64,000 nt of DNA from Candidatus Parcubacteria bacterium (GTDB taxonomy: Bacteria > Patescibacteriota > Minisyncoccia > SURF-38), in contig QZJN01000014.1 of the NCBI GenBank assembly GCA_003599335.1, positions 1,432 to 65,431 on the forward strand, given 5' to 3'. How positions within the stretch are numbered: the stretch's first letter is position 1; the number at the start of each line of letters is the position of its first letter. A program made the translations under genes and the position numbers. Of this stretch, positions 9,724-17,485 are shown piece after piece. The notes beneath the pieces were generated by a model. That model worked only from the letters and a program-made list of their open reading frames with translations, had not been told where the DNA came from and did not search any database.

Positions 9724-10626
9724 ATGGCTAACTTATACGAATATAAGGATTCCAATATCCGTAAGACTTGGTTGCTTTTTACTTTTTTTCTGATTTTTAT
9801 TATTGCTCTTGGTTTTATTATAAGTCGGGCAATGGGCACAAACGCTGTTTTGATAGTCGCTGTTGTTTTTAGTTCTTCTATGAGTATTATCTCTTATTGG
9901 TATTCGGATAAAATAGTTTTAAGGCTTGCCGGCGCGAGAGAAATTAAAAAACAAGATGCCCCCGAGCTTTATAGGATTATTGAAAATTTAAGCATCACGG
10001 CAGGCTTACCAACTCCGAAAGTTTTTATCATTCAGGATGCTGCACCAAATGCATTTGCGACCGGTAGAGACGCGGAGCATGCCGTTGTTGCCGTTACGAC
10101 AGGCTTACTCGATGTTTTGGAAAAGCCTGAATTAGAAGGAGTTATTGGCCACGAACTTTCCCATATAGGAAATCGTGATATGTTAATTTCAACCGTGGTG
10201 GTTGTTTTGGTTGGTTTTGTCGCTTTATTATCTGATTTTTTCTTAAGATCTTTGTGGTTTCGCGGTTTTGGAGGACGGAGCGACCGCTCGCAAGTTGGTG
10301 GAATTTTTTTGCTTATTGGAATTATTTTAGCGATTTTGTCTCCATTAATAGCAACTCTGATTCAGCTTGCCATATCACGCCGGAGAGAATTTTTGGCAGA
10401 CACATCGAGCGCTTTATTGACTAGATACCCGGAGGGTTTAATATCTGCTTTACGCAAGATTGATAGAAGTCCTCATCAGCTACGAAGAGCCTCAAGTGCA
10501 ACGGCTCATATGTATATAGCCAATCCGTTTAAAGGAGGAGATGCGCTGCACGGTCTTCATAAATTGTTTCTGACGCATCCGCCGGTTGAAGAACGGGTCA
10601 AATCATTGCAGGGATTAAAAATTTAA
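9724..10626 (+). CDS. htpX: Zn metalloprotease HtpX (M48)
   Basis: PNAFATGR, HELSH, ISRRREFLAD, THPPVEER. Confidence 0.95.
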   Translation: MANLYEYKDSNIRKTWLLFTFFLIFIIALGFIISRAMGTNAVLIVAVVFSSSMSIISYWYSDKIVLRLAGAREIKKQDAPELYRIIENLSITAGLPTPKVFIIQDAAPNAFATGRDAEHAVVAVTTGLLDVLEKPELEGVIGHELSHIGNRDMLISTVVVVLVGFVALLSDFFLRSLWFRGFGGRSDRSQVGGIFLLIGIILAILSPLIATLIQLAISRRREFLADTSSALLTRYPEGLISALRKIDRSPHQLRRASSATAHMYIANPFKGGDALHGLHKLFLTHPPVEERVKSLQGLKI

Positions 10627-10627
10627 A

Positions 10628-10717
10628 GGAAGGGTCGCATAGTGGTCTAGTGCGCTCGCTTGGAAAGCGAGTAAGGGGTTACTCCCTTCGCGAGTTCGAA
10701 TCTCGCCCCTTCCGCCA
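10628..10717 (+). tRNA. tRNA-Ser (anticodon GGA), CCA encoded
   Basis: Acceptor GGAAGGG/CCCTTCC, anticodon arm CTCGC-TTGGAAA-GCGAG, long variable arm, T-loop GTTCGAATC. Confidence 0.96.
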
Positions 10718-10725
10718 AAAAAGAT

Positions 10726-11124
10726 ATGATCAAGTATTTTATCTCTTATATAGGGGCGCTTGTCTCTCTTTTTGTTCTCGATGGCCTTTGGCTGAAAGTT
10801 ATTGCTAAGGATTTTTATCAAAAAAATCTTGGGTTTCTTTTTTCTTCTCAGATAAATTGGCTGCCAATTCTTATTTTCTATCCGCTTTATGCTCTTGGTA
10901 TTTTCTTTTTTGTCTTAAAGCCTTCTTTTGAGGGAGTTTCTTTATGGCAGGTTTTTATGAGGGGAGCTTTTTTTGGTCTTATCGCTTACGCGGCATACGA
11001 TCTGACAAATCATGCAACTATTAAAGACTGGCCGGCCCTGGTTACATTTGTTGATATGGGTTGGGGTGCTTTAATCACCGCTATTGCAAGCGTGGTCGCA
11101 ATTTTATTGGCGGGGTTGCTTTAG
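10726..11124 (+). CDS. DUF2177 family membrane protein
   Basis: LDGLWL, YAAYDLTNHAT..W, VDMGWG. Confidence 0.85.
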   Translation: MIKYFISYIGALVSLFVLDGLWLKVIAKDFYQKNLGFLFSSQINWLPILIFYPLYALGIFFFVLKPSFEGVSLWQVFMRGAFFGLIAYAAYDLTNHATIKDWPALVTFVDMGWGALITAIASVVAILLAGLL

Positions 11125-11414
11125 TGGGCAGTTTCACACGATTCAATTTATGGGAGGGGATATACTGGATATTTTTGGCCGCTTTGGCCATCTTTCTTTT
11201 TCATTGGAGCAAGGTTCCTGAAAAATATAAGAGAATTTTATTGGCGGCCTCAATCACACTTTTTCTTTTTGGCATTTCCGATTTTGTGGAAATAAAAACA
11301 ATGGGCTTTTGGGAGTCTGGTCTGTGGTGGCTTTTGGCTTGGAAAGCGGTTTGTCTCGTTGCTTTATTTGTCATAACCATTTGGTTTTTCAAGGCGTGGC
11401 TAAAGCGGCCATAA
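11124..11414 (+). CDS. Small 3-TM hypothetical membrane protein
   Basis: GTG at 11124 overlaps the upstream stop; FNLWEG..FGISDFVE..WWLLAWKAVC. Confidence 0.65.
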   Translation: MGSFTRFNLWEGIYWIFLAALAIFLFHWSKVPEKYKRILLAASITLFLFGISDFVEIKTMGFWESGLWWLLAWKAVCLVALFVITIWFFKAWLKRP

Positions 11415-11475
11415 ATTTAGTTAGTTAAAATCTATTTATAAGTCAATGCATTAAAGTTGTCAGCGGTAGCCCGTC

Positions 11476-11513
11476 AGCCATTGCCGGTTAATATCTATTA
11501 ACCGGCAATGGCT
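11476..11513. repeat. Palindrome A1, core GCCGGTTAA-N6-TTAACCGGC
   Basis: AGCCATTGCCGGTTAATA-tc-TATTAACCGGCAATGGCT. Confidence 0.9.
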
Positions 11514-11566
11514 TTTATGGTAGATTAAAGATACTTTAAGAAGTTAAAAGGTATTAGATTTGTTTT

Positions 11567-11773
11567 ATGAAAAAGCGGTTTATATCTTCTATGGAGTTGG
11601 CAAAGCTTATTGGCATAAGCCATGTCGCGGCATATAAGAAAATTTTGCGAGGCGAAATTAAGGCAGAAAAAGTTGGAAGAAATTTTATAATACCCGTTCG
11701 TGAGTTGCCCTTTAAAGTTTCGGTTAGACGAAACAACAAAATCCAATGGCGCATACTCCAACATCCGCAGTAA
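11567..11773 (+). CDS. Small helix-turn-helix (excisionase/HTH_17-like) DNA-binding protein
   Basis: FISSMELAKLIGISHVAAYKKILRGEIKAEKVGRNFII. Confidence 0.8.
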   Translation: MKKRFISSMELAKLIGISHVAAYKKILRGEIKAEKVGRNFIIPVRELPFKVSVRRNNKIQWRILQHPQ

Positions 11774-11825
11774 AGTTACGCCTTATTTAAACCTTTTAGG
11801 TCTTTACTTGATTTGATCCCTATTC

Positions 11826-11863
11826 CTAAATCGCCGGTTAATAACTGTTAACCGGCGATTTAG
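11826..11863. repeat. Palindrome A2, core GCCGGTTAA-N6-TTAACCGGC
   Basis: CTAAATCGCCGGTTAA-taactg-TTAACCGGCGATTTAG. Confidence 0.9.
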
Positions 11864-11960
11864 CTGTCTGCTATTGCTTGCTATATTTATATTTTGCATT
11901 GAAAGTTAGTTTAGTCGTTGACTTTTGAGGAAACGCCAATATATACTGCCTTCAAAACAC

Positions 11961-14576
11961 ATGCCCGCAAATTGGAAAATATTTGCCGGAGGGGCTATGG
12001 TGATAACTCTATTTTTAATTTTTTCTCACGGCGTTTCCGCTCAAACGCTTGGTTGGGTAAAGGAAAGCACTAACGCAGCTCCCTTTGCCGAATTTCTTCA
12101 CGAGATGGTCTACGATGCTGCCCGTCAAGAGGTTATCTTATTTGGAGGCGTATATAACCCATCTTTTAATTTGTTTCCGTTGCTGGACCATACGGTAGCT
12201 TGGAACGGCACAACCTGGGTTTCAAAAACTCCTTCGGTGAGTCCTCCTCCTCGAATAGAGCACGGGATGGCCTACGATGGCGCCCGTCAAGAAGTTATTT
12301 TATTTGGAGGGGGCACTGCTCCAGGCTTGTTTATAAACCGCACCCCACTCAACGACACTTGGATTTGGGATGGGGCAACATGGCAACAAAAATTCCCAAG
12401 TAATAGCCCTACTCCTCGGAGTAATTTTGGCATGGCTTACGATGCAGAGCGCAATGAAACGATTTTGTTTGGAGGACAAGATCCTGCTCCAACTCTAACA
12501 TGCTGTCTCCAAGATGACACTTGGGCCTGGAACGGAACAGATTGGTTCCAAAAGTCTCCAACCTTAAGTCCGTCCAGGCGTTCTCATCACCAGATGGTCT
12601 ACGACTCTGCCAGAAAACAAATTATTCTGTTTGGCGGCATCGATGCCAGTGGCCAACTTCTCAATGATATTTGGGTTTGGGATGGTACAAATTGGGAATT
12701 GAAATCTTCAACCACAAGCCCTTCGTTAAGGACTAATTTTGCAATGACGTTTGATGAGTCCTTGCAGAAAGTCGTTTTGTACGGTGGGCAAGGAACGGCA
12801 GGAAGTTTAGATGATACATGGGTATGGGACGGTAATGATTGGGCTCAACTTTCTGTCTCAAGCAAGCCGCCACCGCAACGGCTCCACGATATGGTTTATG
12901 ATGCTTCACGCAAGGAAATAGTTATGTACGGAGGAGATGGCGCTCTTCGCGAAACTTGGACACTGCCGACCGGTTCTCAAAAACGCCCGGTCATCCTAAT
13001 CCCGGGGATATTAGGAAGTTGGGAGAAAGACGGCGAACTGGCGCTTGATCCAATTTTGCACACCTACGACAATTTATGGGAGGCTCTAAAGTTAGCCGGT
13101 TATGAAGAAGATAAAGACTTATTTGCTTTTCCTTATAATTGGAGATCTTCGAATAACCTTACAAGTTTATCTCTTAAACAAAAGATTGAGGACGTAAAGA
13201 ATATCTGCCAATGTCTAAAAGTGGACATTGTTGGGCATAGTATGGGCGGATTGCTTGCGCGATCATATATTTAGGGCGGAGATTATCAAAGTGACGTTGA
13301 AAAGTTAATTTTTCTTGGGGTGCCACACCTTGGTTCGCCAAGAGCTTATTTAGCATGGGAAGCTGGAGAGTTTGGAACCGGTCCATTTAATTTTATTAGG
13401 GAAAATCTACTAACCCTAGAAGCTATAAGTGGTGGTTATGGAAGCCTTTTTAATTATGTTAAAAATTTGCCAATTTTATCAATTCAAGAACTCTTGCCAA
13501 TTTATGACTACCTGCGCGAAGATAGTACTCTTCAACTAAGGCAATATCCAAATAATTATCCACGCAATATCTTCCTTGAAATCTTAAACGAGCAATTATT
13601 AGTTGATAGGCTGGATGGTCTAGATGTAACAAATATTATCGCCGATGCTGGGCAACAAAGCACCATTAAGTCATTTAGGATAGTAAATCAACAATTTTTG
13701 GACGGTAAATGGGAGCATGGTTATCCAGAAAATTATGGCGTGCCATTTACAGATCAAGGTTTAGAGGTTGGCCCAGGAGATAATACGGTTCCAGAAGATA
13801 GTAACTCAAACTTTTCTAATGCAGAAGAAATTATTATACAAAGTGACCACGACGGTATAGTTACCGATGCCCAGAAAGCTATTATTAAGGAACTGACTGG
13901 TGTCGAGCCAACGCAGGAAGTGCGACTCAATTTCTTTCAAAAGTATCTTATGATACGAATTTTTTCACCGGCTGATTTTGTGGTTATAGCCCCAGACGGT
14001 AAAAGGCTTGGTAAGGATTTTGCATCAGGTCAAGTTTTAGAAGAGATATCGAGTGCTTTTTACAGCGGATTTAATACAAACGTTGAGTTTGCGGTTATTC
14101 CAGATCCTATTGATGGGCAATATCAGATTGAGTTGCAGGGAACCGGAGATGGCTCTTATAGATTAGTTACAAGTTATATTGATGAGCAAACTGATATTGA
14201 TAATGAATTTTACGGCGCCATCAGCACAATTCAGGAACTTGAATTTATTTTTGATTATAATTCCCAAAATCAAAATCCCGTAAGCGAGTTAGAAATCATT
14301 TACTCGTTGAATGATTTTAGAGATGATATTGAAAAAGCATATCAGTTGGGATGGATAAGTAAAGAAAGCGTAAGGGGTCAGTTCATTCATCAGGCAGATA
14401 GTTTAGATAAGAAATTGGGAATTATAATTGAGCCTCATGCTCGTGCAAACGTTATTGGTAACTCACTTAATGTCATTAAAAACATCGCTAATGCACATCT
14501 TAAGAGCAGTTCAATAAATCAGCTAGCTTATGATATGATAATAAGTAGCATTGATTACTTACTAAATAATTTATGA
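11961..14576 (+). pseudogene. Secreted Kelch-like beta-propeller plus alpha/beta-hydrolase (PGAP1/LCAT-like lipase), interrupted by one in-frame TAG at 13272-13274
   Basis: Six MxYDxxRxxxILFGG..DTWxWDG-like repeats; PVILIPGILGS, YNWR, GHSMGG; frame continues past the TAG as GGDYQSDVEKLIFLGVPHLGSP into ORF 13320-14576. Confidence 0.75.
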
Positions 14577-14950
14577 ATTATCTCAAAAACAAATGGATAA
14601 TTTTAACCTTGAGCATTGTTTTATCTTTTATCGCCGCTAAATTTATTGGGCAGATATATTTCAAAACTTTTAATTCAATAACAGGAGGGCTAGGACCTCA
14701 ACCTTCTTGTCCTGAATGTATAACCGGCTTTCTGTTAAGTTATCTTTTTTTTGTTAGTCTGCTTTTAAACTTACTTCTTTTCGGACAAATAAAAAAATTT
14801 TGGATTATTTCGCTACTCCCGATTCTTATAATCTTACTTAATCCACCCTACGAAGAATTGATAGCCGGGATAATCTTAGTAGTTGTGGGTTTTCTATTAG
14901 CGCAGTTGATTTTGTGGGTTAGGCGAATAGTAAAAGGATATAATCACTAA
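14573..14950 (+). CDS. Small 4-TM membrane protein coupled to the lipase gene
   Basis: ATGA overlap with the upstream stop; hydrophobic, with a CPEC loop. Confidence 0.7.
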   Translation: MNYLKNKWIILTLSIVLSFIAAKFIGQIYFKTFNSITGGLGPQPSCPECITGFLLSYLFFVSLLLNLLLFGQIKKFWIISLLPILIILLNPPYEELIAGIILVVVGFLLAQLILWVRRIVKGYNH

Positions 14951-14959
14951 ATTTTAAAT

Positions 14960-16075
14960 ATGAAATATTTTGTTTTAATTATTATTGTTGGGTTTTTTGC
15001 CCCCACGGCAATGGCTCAGGTGAATTATTATTCAACAGATGCGGTGCTTAAAGTTGAAGCCGTGCCTGTTGAATCGGAAACGGTTTCTTACGACAAGATA
15101 AGCGCTGTTGTAGGTAAAGCCTTTGTGCTTGATGGCACGAAAAGCGTTGATGAAGGCGCCGTTAGGAGTTTCCAATGGAGGCAAGTGAGCGGACCTTTTA
15201 AATTTACAACCCAAGATGGCGCAATTGTGTCTTTTACGCCAAATATTGCCGGGACATATGTTTTTGAGTTGGTTGTCACGGATAATACGGGATTAAGCTC
15301 AATTGCGAGAAAAACAACGGTCGTTGTTGCAAGCCCGGAAAGCATATTCCAGCCAAACGAAACAAATATGGATTTTCTCAAAGCTCCAGCCAAACTTATT
15401 GAGGGCGATCCTGACAGGCCTATTATTCAGGGAGCTGTGCCGAATCAAACAAAAGAATCTGGCGAAAAAGGAGGAACAGAAGATATTAATATCGGAGTTG
15501 GCGAATTGCAGGAAGGAGAGGATTTGGATCTTGAATTGAAAAATCCCGTGAGCATAAAAGCCGTTGAGGTGCGCGGATGGGATCCGCAACAAAAACAAGA
15601 TTTTTTGGGGACTGTTAAGGAATTTGCCGAAGTTAAATCCGAGCAAGACCTTGAAAATTTTGCCAAAGGAGCGCTGATTGAAGATGAAAATTTGGATAAT
15701 ATCGCAATAGGAGAAGAGGGTGTGCAGATTGCCTATAAAATGCCAGCCAAGTTTTTGGGAGTTTTTAACGTTTCTATAAAACTTGACGGTGAAGTTGATG
15801 ATGAAGGCCAAGTGAAAATAAAATATCCCTGGTATGGGTTTTTATTCCGCAAGCAAGTGAAGGCTTCCGATGTTCAGGCAGAGGCTGAAAAAGCTGTTTC
15901 TGGTATTAAACAAACAATACAAACCCAAGTGAAATTAGCCGACAGCGAGGGCGACCTTGCAAGCCTTGAGCTTCAGGCAAAAATTCAGCAGCTTGCCCAA
16001 ACTTTTCAAACATTGAGCAACATAATGAAAACAAAACACGACACGGCGATGAATGCAATTAGAAATATCCGTTAA
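14960..16075 (+). CDS. Secreted PKD/Ig-like domain protein with a mosaic of injection-system-like peptides
   Basis: Signal peptide; LDGTKS..FQWRQVSGP..GTYVFELVVTD (PKD-like); peptides FQPNETNMDFL, EGDPDRPII, GEKGGTEDINIGVGELQE, VEVRGWDP. Confidence 0.75.
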   Translation: MKYFVLIIIVGFFAPTAMAQVNYYSTDAVLKVEAVPVESETVSYDKISAVVGKAFVLDGTKSVDEGAVRSFQWRQVSGPFKFTTQDGAIVSFTPNIAGTYVFELVVTDNTGLSSIARKTTVVVASPESIFQPNETNMDFLKAPAKLIEGDPDRPIIQGAVPNQTKESGEKGGTEDINIGVGELQEGEDLDLELKNPVSIKAVEVRGWDPQQKQDFLGTVKEFAEVKSEQDLENFAKGALIEDENLDNIAIGEEGVQIAYKMPAKFLGVFNVSIKLDGEVDDEGQVKIKYPWYGFLFRKQVKASDVQAEAEKAVSGIKQTIQTQVKLADSEGDLASLELQAKIQQLAQTFQTLSNIMKTKHDTAMNAIRNIR

Positions 16076-16084
16076 AACCAAAAA

Positions 16085-16120
16085 CAACATTCCAACATTC
16101 TGCAGAATGTTGGAATGTTG
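16085..16120. repeat. 36-bp perfect palindrome B1
   Basis: CAACATTCCAACATTCTG|CAGAATGTTGGAATGTTG. Confidence 0.95.
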
Positions 16121-16144
16121 TGGGGAGTGTGATATACAGGAGGT

Positions 16145-16411
16145 ATGAAAACGGCTAAACAGTTGGAGAGATATTGTAAAGGCGCGGCAAACCACCGGCG
16201 CATCGCGATCTTATCTGTTGTTGAAAAAGAGAGCGGGATTACGCTTGAGGAAATTGCGGAGCGGCTGAGCGCCAACCTTAAAACTATCTCTCAGCATACC
16301 CGATCGTTGGTTCAGGCGGGGCTTTTGAGTAAAAAGTATCAAGGGCGCGCAGTGACTCATCAACTCTCGCCCTACGGAAGGGCTTTTGTCAGATTTCTAA
16401 AATCATTCTAA
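16145..16411 (+). CDS. ArsR/MarR-like winged-helix transcriptional regulator
   Basis: SD AGGAGG; ANHRRIAIL..ITLEEIAERLSANLKTISQHTRSLVQAGLL. Confidence 0.85.
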   Translation: MKTAKQLERYCKGAANHRRIAILSVVEKESGITLEEIAERLSANLKTISQHTRSLVQAGLLSKKYQGRAVTHQLSPYGRAFVRFLKSF

Positions 16412-16435
16412 CATTCTGCAGAATGTTAGAATGAT
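16402..16435. repeat. 34-bp perfect palindrome B2, overlapping the stop codon of the wHTH gene
   Basis: ATCATTCTAACATTCTG|CAGAATGTTAGAATGAT. Confidence 0.95.
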
Positions 16436-16529
16436 GTGGGGGTGGGGTGTGTGGGAGTTGGGGTGTGTGAGGGGATGGGCGCGAAGGTGTGTGGAGGTGT
16501 GAGAGAGTGGGTTGGTGGTGAAGGTTTGA
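16436..16529 (+). other. G/T-rich low-complexity tract, potential G-quadruplex
   Basis: Seven runs of three or more G and only two C in ~90 nt. Confidence 0.6.
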
Positions 16530-16567
16530 TTTTGATTGTGCAAAAGGCGTACAATACGGACATTGAA

Positions 16568-16584
16568 ATACTTATTTAAATACG
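16568..16584 (+). repeat. 17-bp direct repeat, left copy
   Basis: ATACTTATTTAAATACG, identical at 20666-20682. Confidence 0.8.
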
Positions 16585-16615
16585 TATTTAACAAATGATT
16601 TATTACTTATAATGT

Positions 16616-16789
16616 ATGCGAAGAAAATTGAAGGAGAAAAATATACGAAAACTCGCCCGGATGGGCAACCGGAGTCTAGGATTAACCTTGCCGGTGGAGA
16701 TGGTTAATAAGCTAGGTTGGCGTGAAAAGCAGAAGGTGCTTTTGAGAATGAAAGGTAAACAGATAATCGTTAAAGATTGGAAGGGATAA
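16616..16789 (+). CDS. AbrB/MazE/SpoVT-family DNA-binding protein (57 aa, not in the ORF track)
   Basis: Hand translation MRRKLKEKNIRKLARMGNRSLGLTLPVEMVNKLGWREKQKVLLRMKGKQIIVKDWKG. Confidence 0.8.
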   Translation: MRRKLKEKNIRKLARMGNRSLGLTLPVEMVNKLGWREKQKVLLRMKGKQIIVKDWKG

Positions 16790-16792
16790 CTC

Positions 16793-17485
16793 ATGATTAC
16801 AAAAATCAAAAAATCTAATGACGCGACAGCTTATCTAAAAACTTCTGTTAATAAAATATTAAATTATTTACGGAAGATAGTTAGTAATAAAAAATTTAAT
16901 TATAGAACTTTCGGCACTAGTATAGAAGAACATCTTACCGATATTTTGGTTAAGTTATTTACGGAGGGTGGTTTTATAGAAAATAATAAAGATTACGTTG
17001 TTGCGCTCAATAAAAATTATTTCCCAGATTTTGAATTAAAAACCACGCCTCCACTTGCTATTGAGTTTAAATCTGGTAATAAGAGTCAGTATAGAAAGGA
17101 GAAGTGGGTTGTTGTTAAAAACAGCGAGAACGATATGGGAACATTAAATGAATGGCCACAAAAAATTAAGAAATTTGGCGGGGATAACATTTATTATATT
17201 TTCGTTATTTATAATTTTAATGATCAAACTGAAGAGGTTTTAAATGTTGAAATAGCTCCATTCTACCAATTTATAGGATTGAATAAGGGAAAGGTGCTTA
17301 AATATAGAGAGAAAGATGGCAACTTGAGGCCAAAAGATTTTGAATCTAATTCTCCTATAAAGACCTTAAAACAATTTGAAGATTTATTGAATAAAACTGT
17401 AATTTATAGATCTAAACGAGTAATCAAAAAACACCGTTCGATTATTAAAAAAGTTGCTCAAACTTCTAAAAAAGAGTTGGGCTAA
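16793..17485 (+). CDS. Putative type II restriction endonuclease (PD-(D/E)xK)
   Basis: YFPDFEL..AIEFKSG motif; very AT-rich; convergent with and overlapping a DNA MTase. Confidence 0.7.
   Translation: MITKIKKSNDATAYLKTSVNKILNYLRKIVSNKKFNYRTFGTSIEEHLTDILVKLFTEGGFIENNKDYVVALNKNYFPDFELKTTPPLAIEFKSGNKSQYRKEKWVVVKNSENDMGTLNEWPQKIKKFGGDNIYYIFVIYNFNDQTEEVLNVEIAPFYQFIGLNKGKVLKYREKDGNLRPKDFESNSPIKTLKQFEDLLNKTVIYRSKRVIKKHRSIIKKVAQTSKKELG

Noticed and set aside
13272-13274. Genome-wide stop-codon reassignment
   Set aside because: TAG ends uvrA and rpoD and TGA ends uvrC and the NUDIX gene at expected positions; I noticed only this one internal stop.
14960-16075. Calling this gene vgrG/hcp or a T6SS locus
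   Set aside because: Only isolated 8-20-residue motifs are present within a signal-peptide/PKD scaffold, and there are no other T6SS or tail genes.
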